Positions 50,588 through 62,521 of a DNA stretch of 64,000 nucleotides are shown one piece after another; positions within the stretch are counted from its first letter, which is position 1; every line of letters begins with the position of its first letter. The notes beneath the pieces were generated by a model that was given only the letters and a program-made list of their open reading frames with translations, was not told the DNA's origin and did not search any database. The stretch comes from Lama guanicoe (Eukaryota). The translations under genes and the position numbers were made by a program. The stretch lies in the NCBI GenBank assembly GCA_013239625.1, contig MU054001.1, positions 2,052,151-2,116,150 on the forward strand. The letters run 5' to 3'.

Positions 50588-51089
50588 TTTCCTGTTGTGG
50601 AAATATTTGGCTTTTGTGCAAGTTAAGAACATATTAACCTGTTATTTTGAATAGTTTTCACAAGGCCGTTCTAAAATGTGGTAGATTACAGGACCGGGAG
50701 ATGTAGCCTTGGAATTTGTCAAGAAGGAAAAGAGTGTAAATTTGGCTCTTTCTTAGATTAATTATTCTTTAGTTTTGGGGAATAGGGATTAACATTTAGA
50801 AGAAAAATGTGAGCTAGATGGCACTGTGCTTTCCAATTTAATAGGGCTAAAGCCACAGAAATAACAAAGGGAAACAAATTGCAAGGGTCACAGTTTACTA
50901 GTCGGTTTTGAGCAGATCTGGGGACTTGATCTCCTCGGGTGCTGTGTTATCTTAGAATTTTTAATCAACTGTTAATATGAGGAGACATTACCCAAACCAG
51001 TCAGAAATCCACTCACATTTTAGAAATCCTGGGAAATTAATCTTTGGTTTGTCATTTCAGCCTCCCAACATACATTTTCTCTTCTAGTA

Positions 51090-51510
51090 AAATTAGTTTC
51101 TCCCTTAAGGCTCACCCCTGTTCTCCACTCTTAGCCCTGTGCTGTGGGAGGTATTAATTCTATGCTGAGTTGCTGTGGCAGAATGCCTAACTTGGCTTGG
51201 CCACTCAGAGAATTTTGGTCCTTTGGCCACAGTGATTGGATCAGGGTGGGTTCTCTTAAGCCAAGCTAGTTAGATCCAATTAGGAATATCTTGGGGTTTT
51301 TGCTTGAGCAAGTCAGGAGAGGCACTTATTGCTCTGGGTTTGAACCTGGAAGGGTGTGATCTTGGAGTGGCCAGGGCCAGCCTGTGAAGCCTGGGAATGA
51401 AGCCCGCACAATGGGTGGAGATGCTGAAACACAGAGGGATCTGAATCCTGATGACTGTGTTTCAGCCCCAGAATTCGGCTGTGTTTGAAACCAGAATCTA
51501 ATCCCGACAA
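51090..51510 (+). mobile_element. Old MaLR LTR (MLT1K/L-like)
   Basis: ggccacagtgattggatcaggg...ctgaatcctgatgactgtgtttcagcccc. Confidence 0.5.
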
Positions 51511-52654
51511 GAGTAAGTCTCCCAGGTTTCTCTCTTTGGCACCACCAAAGACCAATGCATGTTCATAAGCTTTTAGTAACTTTACTCCTCATTTTGATGC
51601 ATTCATCTTTCTCTATAACGACATTTCCCAGTGTGGATTTCTAGGTTCCTAGTGCTATAAGATTGCTTTAAGAAAGTGCTTCCATGATCAAATGAATTTG
51701 ATAAATTCTTAGGCTAGATTTTTCTACTTGGCTATTTCCAATGCACTTTAGCCTATTAAAAGCCCTCTGAACTTCTGAGGTTAAGAAATTTGATTAGCTC
51801 TGCTTTTCTAAAACTCCCTTGTCCATGGCACTCTTTTGGGGGGCTAACACCTATTACTGTACTATGGGACACATTTGTCAACTTCTGCTCTAAAAAGGAA
51901 GTAATTCCCCTGTTTCCAGTGATTTCAGGGGCTACCTCCAATTGTGGCACCCCTGGAGATGTTTATGTACCATCATTTTGTAAAGGACCGTGAGGAGCCA
52001 TCTGTCTAAACAGATGTGTATCTGACAGGGAAAATGTAAGTATTTTAAACACACCTTTAGATTGCTAGGTAACCAAATTAGAACAGACCTGATATTTAGA
52101 CCAGGCAGGTTGGTTTAGATGTTTATTCATCCATTCCGTTATTTAGTCATGAACTCAACAGATGTTTATTGAGTGACTACTTTGTTACAGGCCCTAACCT
52201 TCAGGAGGTAATGACTCAACTTGCAATACTCCTGTTACTGCTCTTCTGGTCCTTTCCTATCCCTAATGACCACTGATGCTGATCTAGCTTGGGCTGACAC
52301 GTAACTGTATGCCAGACAGAACTGAGTTACTCATCAGGAAAAGTAGATAGCACAGTCATAGGATCTTATGTTGATCTAGCATTTAAAATGCTGAGTTCTT
52401 TCAAAGATGTCATCTTATTTAACAGAAACTTTAGGAGAAAGATAGAGCAGCTGTTTTTAACATTTATTCTGCAAAAAAGAGGAGAGGTCTGGAGAAGTTC
52501 AAAGGCCAGCCCAAGGCCAGACTATTTTAATATTCAAAATCGGACTTGGGATCCAGGCCCTGGATTCCCAGGGTTTCCTTTTCCTACTGACCAGTGCCAT
52601 TTATCATTTGCTCAGTTTACTTCAATACCTAGGAAGTGACAAGTAGGATGGAGA

Positions 52655-53184
52655 CCTCTGTAGTCAGTATATAGTAGCCACTGGCCTCATGTAGCTAATG
52701 AGCCCTTGAAATCTGGCCACTGCAGCTAAGGAACTAAATTCTGAGTTTACTTAATTCTAATGAATTTAAGCTCAAATGTGAAGACTGATCCTCAGTAAGT
52801 ATCGGGAAACTTTTAAACATGTTTGAAATAACATGAATATATGAATCTACTTTTTCTAACTGTAAATTTTATATCTAAATATAGATCCTGTTTTTTTAAG
52901 TGAAATTGTCATGTCTCAATTGAGATGTAAAGTATTTGTCATTTCAAAAATGTAGCATAAAAAACATAAAGTATCTCAATATTTATTTGTTGAATAATTA
53001 TTGTTAATTAATTATTAATTATAATTATTAGTTAAATTGAAGCTGTTATGGATATATTGGGTTAAGTAAAAATATTTTACCAAAACGGCTTCCACCTAAT
53101 TCTTTTCCCTTTTTTGGTTGTGGCTACATGAAGAATATAAAGTCACGTACATGACTTGCACTCTATTTCTGTTGGACAGCACTG
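52655..53184. mobile_element. hAT-Charlie-derived element (MER3/MER33/Charlie-like)
   Basis: gtagccactggcctcatgtagctaatgagcccttgaaatctggc ... tatttctgttggacagcactg. Confidence 0.75.
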
Positions 53185-54359
53185 ATATAAAAACTGTGTT
53201 GGAGGGCACTGAGTGTCTAGCTGCAGAATTCTAAATTCCAGTGAAATGGGTGGAGGGATAGCATAGAACTAGAATTTGGAAGATGGCCTTGGGAATTACA
53301 GGTTTCGTTGTGTGTTCTGGCTCTGATATATCCTAAAGGACTTCGTGAAAACTGTTTCCTTACATGTAGGTTAGGGATGATGTTAACATCTAGTTCATCG
53401 TCTTTTTCAATAAGCTAATACCCATATAACACAGTCTAGTATTAGGCAATGTCTAAGTGCTCATTACTTTGTTAGTAATAACAATAATTAGAATAATACT
53501 ATTGGCATGAAATGTAAATGGAGTACTCAGGCTTAATAAATGATGGCCTTCTCTCCCCTGGACTTTAGTTTTTTGAGGTGTCGTCCTCTGTTGCAATTCA
53601 TTGCACTGGACTGCATTAATCATACCCTGTTTTGTTCTTACTGACAGTAATGAATAGTAACTGATACAAAGCAGCCTGCTAGGTCACTGATGAGGTGGCT
53701 ACAAATGCTCTTTTCCAAAGCAGTTCTTAATTACCTTTCGTATGTGAAATGCCATATGCTGTAATTCTTCTGGCTGGAAATCTGCTCTGGGTTACGATGT
53801 CATGCTAGTTTTTAAACAATGTCTCTGGTTGATTTCTCCTCTGCAAGTCCCAGGGAGAAGTTTGATTTAGTTGTTTTTCCTTATAATTTTATATTTTAAT
53901 TGGGTGACTTCCTAATTTTCTTTTTTTCCTTCTCATTTTCTTCCCCCTATTATTATTTAAGTCAGTGACTCAAACTTCGCTTTGAGGGTTGGGACTGGTT
54001 GTGTGCTGAGTTACATGAGGACATCAGAACTCTGCGTGACAGTGATGTTTAAACACCTGGCTTAGGCTATAGATGTAGCTCTGTCATATACAAACACTGT
54101 TTTTAGGCCCTCTGATAGTAAACTACTATCAAACATAGCTGAGTTTCATAGCTTTTAAAAGTCTGTGAAATGCTTCCGTTTACCTGAAGGTCAGATTTTT
54201 AGCCTCCTCAACCATCCAGGACACATCTGGAAACACAGGCGTAAGTGAAAAAGACCTTTTAGTTGCTTAAAAACACAATTATTGCCAAGCACAGTTCTTT
54301 ATCCAGAAGAAGGGGGCAAAATTTTTCCAAAAGGCACTGACTTATTCATGAATTTAAAA

Positions 54360-54581
54360 CAGGGGCTGGCAAACTTTTCCCTTAAAGAGCAGATAGTGAA
54401 TATTTTAGGCCTTGCAGCCCATGCAGTCTTGGTTGCAACTACTTAATTTGGCCTGGTGTGGAGTGAAAGCAGCTACAGATGATACGGAAAGGAATGAGCA
54501 TGGCTGTATTCCAATAAAACTTTATTTACAAAGCAAAGCAAGCAGCTGGCTTTATCCATGGGCTATAGTTTGGCCACCTTG
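54360..54581 (+). mobile_element. MER58A (hAT-Charlie)
   Basis: caggggctggcaaact...ggctgtattccaataaaactttatttacaaa...tagtttggccaccttg; 8-bp TSD atttaaaa / atctaaaa. Confidence 0.9.
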
Positions 54582-55856
54582 ATCTAAAATATAGTAGCAG
54601 ATTAAAAGGAGCAGGGTGGAGGGAAGACAGCAGGAAGGAGCAGCTGTTGAACAGAAGGAAGGATAAAACGATATCTTCAAGGTGGACAGAACCTTATAGA
54701 AAGTGCATCCATCCAGGGCCCGTCCATGGAGGAGAGAAATGGTCCTGGGAGCATAACAACATGATTGATGAGATGGCTTCACATGTGATAAGTGAGATTC
54801 ATAATGATGACCCCACATCCTCTAGGAACCCTTAAAACATATTCCATATGTTCTGATTACAAAGACCGAGAATTAGGGAATGTATTTGAGAGAGTTACAC
54901 CAAAGAGATGAAAATAGAAAAAGGCATTTTTGTACTTAAGATGGTAAGCGTCATGAAAAACTCATGGAATTCTCCATTTCTGAAATCTGTGGCTCTTGAA
55001 GTAGTACTACATTTTTTATCTGTTGCTCTTTAAGCTTGAGAGTTGCTAACAAAACCAGCTTTCTGCACAGGTCTTTGGCCAGATTCTCTGTAGTGTGTAG
55101 GAGAACATTCAAAATCTACATTACCGCTCTTTTTAAAGCAATCTATGCAGAATGATAAAATGTACTTTATGTACTTGCAATCCATGTTGACTGCTGAAAA
55201 ACAGTGTTCTCCTAGGAGGAAGAGTATCTTGGACCACTCTTGCTAACTTGGGGGGAAACTGATTGTCTCCAGCTTGGGACCCTGGGAATACATCACTTTC
55301 AGCAGTACGGCTGCCGCTGAGTTGATGCCTTTGAGAATTTTCCCAATACATTCCAGGACTTTTTTAAAGGAAGGAAATTCTGTGACTCTCCATTCAACAG
55401 ATTCTAGCTCCCCCTTTGCTCTGAATCATTCTGTATGTATCATTATTGATAAAGAACATCAATAATGGCTGGGATTTATTCTGTTTCTCTCTTAGATATA
55501 GTGTATGTTCACGTAATAAAATATGAATTTGTACAGACAGGTTAGAAATGTTCCTAGATTATTTATAAAGCCTCTTGGGGTTTCACCATTAGGGGCTGAC
55601 CATCAAGGAAAAGTAAAGATAAAAAACGATTTTAAAAGATAACCTGACTTTATGCATTGCAAAAGTGTTTCCTTCCTATCGGTGAGTTTATTCTGACTTT
55701 GCAAGAATATTGCAAAGTCTTGCATGAAGTTCGTACTGGGGGTCTCAGAGCCAGATTTCACAAGCACAAATCTTGTTTCATAGCTTATGGCTGTGTGCTG
55801 TTGGGTAAATAACTTAACCTCTCTAGACTGGTTTCTTTGTAATTTGGAACCTGTAA

Positions 55857-56015
55857 AAAAAAACTAAAAAATTAAAAAATTAAAAAAAATTTTTTTGGGG
55901 GGAGTTAATTAGATTTATTTTACCATTTTTTTTAAATGGAGGTACTGGGGATTGAACCCAGGACCTCGTGCATGCTAAGCATGTGGTGTACCACTGAGCT
56001 ATACCTTCCCTCCGC
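55857..56015 (-). mobile_element. tRNA-Ala-derived SINE (vic-1-like) inserted in a MIR
   Basis: ggaggtactggggattgaacccaggacctcgtgcatgctaagcatg; TSD tggaacctgtaa (55845-55856, 56016-56027); flanking MIR at ~55740-56070. Confidence 0.92.
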
Positions 56016-56192
56016 TGGAACCTGTAATTTTCTATCTTTCAGGGTTGTTGGAATGCTTAGCACAATGTAGGGCTGCCAAGTATAGTTGTGTAGATTGTGA
56101 ACTGAACAACTCCAGTGGGCTCCCATTACATAGACCACAATGCAATGTGGCAACTTTAGTACAAAGTTAGTGCTTGACAGATATATAAAGCC

Positions 56193-56211
56193 ATTATTAT
56201 TACTATTATTG

Positions 56212-56251
<40 letters not shown>
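56193..56251. repeat. (TTA)n microsatellite
   Basis: Direct read of the sequence. Confidence 0.9.
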
Positions 56252-57237
56252 GAAGAAACCCAAGGCACAGGAATGTTATGAAACCTGTCTATGATTATAT
56301 ACTTTCTGTGAAAAAACCATCATCATGTGGCAACAACTACTAGGCATACATTGTTATCAACCTTCTGGTGTATTTCATATTAGATTTCAATTGTTGGATT
56401 AAACTAGCCAATAATTATCTAATAAAAGCTTGGACTAGATTTTTGTTTTTCTGTGAATTTGGTTCATCTGTGACTTGATTCCAGAGTTTTCTTCACAATG
56501 ACTCTTTAGCCAGTTTATCCTATGCCTAGTGTCCTATTATTCTATGGAAAGTGATGCTCTGTCTGTTCATTCATTCATGAAATGCTGTTATCAACTTGTG
56601 TGTGACACTGTTCTAGGCACAGAGATATGAAAATGACTAACATGGTTTCTCAAGGATCTCACAGACTCAGACATAAGCAGTTCATCAGAGCAAGATGAGA
56701 AATGTCTGGGGAGAGTGAGTTATTAACTCATTCATTCATTTATGAAACAGATGCATATTACTGATGATGACCTAGGCACTGATGTTGTGGTAGTAATGGA
56801 ATACCAAGTGTCATGAGACTTGGTCCCTCCCCTAAAAGAGCTCAGTAGGCTTCCTGGAGTCCAGGAGGCACGGCAGGTAAGAAAGAGTGTTGGGCAGACA
56901 AGGAAGGGACTGATGTTGCAGGCAATTTGAGGAAAATCCAAGTGCCCTGGATGGGGCTGAAGGCTTGATATCAGCCTGGTGTTGGTGATGATGTCCAGCC
57001 ATACAATTGACAACTCCTGTCCTCTTGGCCAATGCTCTTTCCACCTCTGAATCTCAATTTCCTCAACTCCCTAAATGAGAACAATAACCTTCTTCCAATG
57101 AACAAGATTTTTGAGAGTTCCAAAGGAGGTAAGTATGTGAAATTTCTTCAGAAATTGGAAGGAGTAAAGTATTAGTTAAAATATAAGAAGTGATATTTTA
57201 AGTTACATCTATCAACTCCCATGAATGGTCCCTTGAT

Positions 57238-57460
57238 TAGGTTACCCTGAAAACCTGAGACAAAGACTTGGGAACAGGTGCTCCCAGGAAGGTGGAGTAA
57301 GGGGCCAGGGAGAAGACAGCAGGGAAGGAGGAAAAGTCCCCATGAGAGAGTGCAACTGAGGTCACTACTTGGTCAGGGGAGGTCTGATTCAACTAGGATC
57401 TTCTAGAAGCAAAGAGAATGCCTCCCAGAAAAGTCCATCCAATTGATGGGAGATGATTCC
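57238..57460 (-). mobile_element. LTR16-like ERVL LTR fragment
   Basis: cctgagacaaagacttggg...tcccaggaag...cagggaaggaggaaaag resembles the reverse of the end at 16670-16760. Confidence 0.5.
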
Positions 57461-58654
57461 CCCCCCCATTGATTCCTATTAGTCTATTTAAGAGCCTGTG
57501 TCTGGAAAACAATGGACAAAAGGCCTGACAGTTACCTAGGGGATGCCCGTGGTGTTCAGATACCTGGTTCGGTTTCCAGCTTCTGGCTGTAATATGCCTC
57601 TTAGTTATAGGAACATATTCTCCTTTTTCATTTTTTCTCTTCTCACTCTTATTAATAGGGTGCCTGCTGAGTAAGAGCCACACAAATTAGTGCTATGAAT
57701 TTGTTAAAAGTCTTCCCCCGCCTCCGTTTCAATGTTGCGTCCTTTGAGATCATCTTTCTCATCCCCAAACGTTCCCATACAGCATTGGTCTGGCCAAGAA
57801 TTATATTCCTAATCAAAATGGAATCTTCTGTAACCAAACCATGATTAGATAGTCAAACAATTTTTTGAGTTCAAGTTAAGTCCCTTATTAAATAGGGAGC
57901 AATACAGTGGCTTTATGTGAATGGTGCCTGGAATTCTAAATTCTGAAAGTCCTTTGAGGGTTTGATAAATGTGCACTTTATCATAGTAAAACATGCTAAA
58001 AGTCATGTAGAATTTTATATATATATATACATATATATATATAACCGGGCCTTGATCATCCAGCAGGCCTAACCTATCAAAAGGATGCTAAAAATAGTCT
58101 CATCCACAAAGAGGTTCTGAAGTATGACTTTTGATAAAAAAAAACCCTCAAAATACTATTATTAGACTTTGCTGTAATTTGGTAACTTCTACATCAAAGA
58201 AATCTGATTTTCAAATTCTCTGATTAAGTTTGTTTCTTTAGCATCAGAATAATATGTTTGAATTTTTAGGATTTAAATTAAGAATGTTTCCAGTCCCAAT
58301 TCTGTGCTAGACACCTCTCTATAAACGAAGGTACTGCTGTTTTCAAGTGTAGTATCTTTGAAGGTGACTACAGGAAGACAGGAAATTTAGGCCAAACGTG
58401 TGACCCAATTACCTGAGTTTCTGAATGTGGCAGCTGTTCATGACTTTAACTGTTTCAACTGAAACAATTAGCCACAAGTCCTCATTCTGAACTCTTTCAG
58501 TGTCCATGAGTAGACAGTTATCTCCCCTAATTAGCGGAGTGATCTTCAGCAAGCCACTTTAGAGATGGAAAATTGAAGGTCAGGGTGGAAAATGTCGATA
58601 GCAATGTTTTCCTTATATCTGTAAAGCACCTAGCATGGTGCTTTGCGTGTGGTG

Positions 58655-59183
58655 TGCACTCATTCAAGAGGTATTTTTGAGCGTCTGCCGTGTGCCTGGC
58701 GTTGTTCCAGAGGCTGAGGTTACAGGGTGCCCGTGGCAGACAAAAGCTTACATTCTGGTGGAGGAAGACAGACAAAAGCAAGTAAAGGAATAAGGATTTC
58801 AGGGGATGTAATGGAGAAGGGACTGGGGATGACTTCTGAGAACGAATGTCCAGGGAAGTTTCTCTAAACGGGGGGGGGGGGCATTTGAGCGAGACCTAGT
58901 GGCAATGGGTCTGTCCTGGGTGGCAATGGGTCTGTCCTGGAAATATCTGGGGACGGAGGGAATATCAACCCAGGATCCTAAATTAGGCACGAGCTTGGCG
59001 TCTATGGAGGAGAGAAAGGAGGCCTGGAGAGAGGCTGGAGGCTAGATTGTAAGGGGCCTGGAAGATGCTGGTTTGGAATTTGCTTAAAGTTTGATGGGAA
59101 CCTATTATAATATTTTAAGCGAGGGAGTGACTTGAGCTGATTTAATGTTTGCTTTCTTTTCTTTCTTTCTTTCTTTCTTTTTT

Positions 59184-59235
<52 letters not shown>

Positions 59236-60335
59236 TCCTCCTTCCTTTCTTCCTTCCTTTCTTTTTTTTTTCTTTCTCTCAGATGACTCTAGACGCTATG
59301 TGGAGAGTAGTGTCTGGGTGAAGAGTAGAACTGGGGAGGCCAGGTGGAAGGCTGTCATAGTATTTCAGACAAAGGGTGATGGAGGTGGGACTAGAGAAGA
59401 GTTAAAGATCAAGAGACAGGACTTGATGAGGAAAATGGATGGAAAGGAGAAAAGCAAGGATAGTTCCTAATTTTTTGTTTGAGGAACTAGGTCAGTAGTG
59501 GAGCTGTTTTCTGAGATGGGAGAGACATGGAGAGAAGAGTGGGTTGGGATGGGTTTTAATGTATATAGGTAGAGATGATGACTCAGTACAAGTTTCCCAG
59601 AAGAAGATCATGAGATGAGGACTGGAGTATAACTAGATTATTTGGGAAATAATCTCAGGGGACACTGGTACAGGAGCAGGGAGGTGAGGCAGGGAGGGGA
59701 AGGCAGCCAATCCAGGATACATGATCAGGCAAGTTACCACTGTGGGCAGGTTTCCCTTGGAGAACTCTGGGGGTCAATGTGAAACATAACACCACAGCGT
59801 TATTCCACCTGAGTGGCAAGGAAGCTGGGTTTCTTAATTTGTCCACCCCCTGCAGCCATTGATTGAAGGCTGTTCTTGGGGGAAAAAGTTTCCTGGTACC
59901 TCTGGCCTGCTATGTGTACAGGTAGAGCAACGTCTATCCATCAGATAAAGCCCTTAGCTAAAGAGATGCAGGTGCTGGCGGCTGGAGATGTGTCCAGACA
60001 GGGATATGTGTAGCACCTGCTACCATGTCAAATGGGCAGATGGACCCAAGCTTCTCAGGTGAGAGGTCAAGACTGCGCCATGTATAGAGAATATTTAAAA
60101 CCATGGAATTAGAAAAAAATCACCTACAGATTGTTTATGGGTAGAGAAGAGAAAGCCCTAGAGCTTGATGTGCCAATATTTAGAGATGGCTTTGATGAAA
60201 AAAATTAAAGAGTAGCCATTCAGGTTGGAGGAAAATCAGCAGAATGTAGTGTCATTGGAGCCAAGAGAAGGTTTTCAACAGAGCGATCAGGTGTTCAAAT
60301 GCCACTAAGCACTAGAGAAGCTGTGGAGAGAGAAA
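58655..60335 (-). mobile_element. L2 fragment with a nested LTR16-like LTR (~59580-60025, -)
   Basis: cactcattcaagaggtatttttgagcgtctgccgtgtgcctggc (L2 3' end, reverse); nested ggggaaggcagccaatccagg...aagttaccactgtgggca. Confidence 0.7.
59152..59280. repeat. (TTTC)n / (TTCC)n pyrimidine microsatellite
   Basis: Direct read of the sequence. Confidence 0.95.
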
Positions 60336-60851
60336 AGTGGATGTCATGGCTCCTTGGTGCCACTTACAGCAGACACTTAATACCTAATTTTATTATTGTG
60401 ATGATTAGATCCTGAAAGATCACATTTAGATTATTTTTTCTTCTGAGCTGCTTTTTGGAACCTTATGAAACAGGATCTCCATATTGTGTCCCTGGAAAGT
60501 GTAGAATTCATTCCCTTGAATTCCTAGCAGGGAGGGGTCTATAAATCTTGATTGAATGGTTAGTCTTGGTTAATCTGATGAATCTTTCTTTCAGAATCAG
60601 GACTTTTCTTATAGCAGGAAATTTTGGGACAATGGGAAGAGAAGATGTCTTAATAAAACACCTGTACCTTTGAGATTTCTAGTAGCAACTTAGTTCTGGA
60701 AAATGTATGCAGTACTCATATCAAGGGTTACTGTAGAACCTGCATTGTGGAAATAGTCTGATGTAAAAGTCTCCCAAAGAACAGTGACTTGGGTTTCTTA
60801 AACAGTGCTCTCCATCAAGGCAAGGCTCCTCCTAAGAACTTTTAGGTTCTT

Positions 60852-61785
60852 TTTTTTTTTTTAGTTGAGGTATAGTTGAGTTACAATGTTGTGTCAGTTT
60901 CAGGTGTACAGCAAAGTGATTCAGTTGTGCATATACATATATTCTTTTTCAGATTCTTTTCCATTATAGGTTATTACAAGATATTGAATATAGTCCCCTG
61001 TGTTATATAGTATGTCCTTGTTTATTTCATATATAGTAGTGTGTACATCTTAATCCCAAACTCCTAAATTATCCCTTCCCCTCACTCCTTTCCCCTTTGG
61101 TAACCATAGTTTGTTTCCTATGTCTGTGAGTTTAATGAGTCTATTTCTCGTCTGTAAGTAAGTTCATTTGTGTCCTTTTTTTTTTAGATTTCACATATAA
61201 ATGATGTCATAGGATACTTTGTCTGATTTAACTTCACTTAGTATGATAATCTCTAGGTCCTTCCATGTTGCTGCAAATGACATTATTTCATTCTTTTTTA
61301 TGGCTTAGTAGTAATCCATTGTATATATATATATATCACATCTTTTTTTTTACAATTTTATTGAAGTATAGTCAGTTTACAATGTTGTGTCAATTTCTGG
61401 TGTATAGCACAATGCTTTAGTCATACAGGAACATACATATATTCATTTTCATATTCTTTTTCACCATAAATTACTACAAGATATTGAATATAATTCCCTG
61501 TGCTATACAGTATAAACTTGTTGTTTATCTATTTTATATATATCACATCTTCTTTGTCCATTCATCTGTCAATGGACATTTAGGTTGCTTCCATGTCTTG
61601 GCTATGGTGAGTGGTGTTGCTCTGAACATTGGGATGTGTGTGTCTTTTCAAACTAGAGTTTTTTCTGGATATATGTCCAGGAGTGGGATTGCTGGATCAT
61701 ATGGTAACATGCTTTTTAGTTTTTTAAGGAATCTCCATACTGTTCTCCATAGTGGCTTCAACCAATTTACATTCATACAATTTAC
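60852..61785 (-). mobile_element. 5'-truncated L1 3' end containing a second short L1 3' end (61345-61534)
   Basis: Outer TSD aagaacttttaggttctt / aagaactgttaggctctt (60834-60851, 61786-61803); inner TSD tatatatatcacatctt (61328-61344, 61535-61551). Confidence 0.92.
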
Positions 61786-62487
61786 AAGAACTGTTAGGCT
61801 CTTAACATTTTAAAACCATGCAGTCAGGAATATCAGGCATTTGAGATCCACAGTATCTAGGAATGTACACTAACTTGCCTTTCTTTGGATGTCTACCTGC
61901 AAAATGAGATTTGAGTAAAGACTTCTTTTCCCAAACCTGAGAGTTTGTTTAGGTCACATAGGGAAACGTTAATATTATACAAGTAAAGGGGTTCATTGAA
62001 CACTCCCCCAGCCTCTCTCAAATTTACCACTTCAAATGTATTATAAATCCATACAAGTTCCTCTTGGCCTTGGAGCATGTTCCAGGCAGACCATCTGAGC
62101 TATTTAAATGCCCTCTCTTTATTGTAGTCTTTCAAGAAATGTCTTGATCACATTCCTGTCATAAGATGGGGAAGAGGAGCCAAGTGGAAAGCTAATCTTT
62201 AAGACCAATTTGTCACTTTTGGGAAACCCTAGTTGAGGTCGCCAAAGTGAGTTATTAAACAATTATTCAAAGCTAAGTACTGAAATTCCCCAACACTATC
62301 CAGGATTTAATTTTTTTCAGTTCAGATTAGAGGAATGCTTCAGATCATTTCTGAGCACTGAGCTCTGATGGATGCTTTTGCTGTTTCTTTGAGCTTTTGT
62401 ATTTCTAAAGAATCCTACATCATATCTCATGCTTCCATAGCTAAGACTTTGTCCTTACCTTCACGGAGATAGATTTGGTTTGAAGAG

Positions 62488-62488
<1 letters not shown>

Positions 62489-62519
<31 letters not shown>
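62489..62519. repeat. (TG)n microsatellite
   Basis: Direct read of the sequence. Confidence 0.95.

Positions 62520-62521
<2 letters not shown>

Noticed and set aside
55938..56010. Functional tRNA-Ala gene
   Set aside because: Flanked by a TSD and an AT-rich tail, with substitutions in the stems; it is a SINE copy, as are 4188 and 32337.
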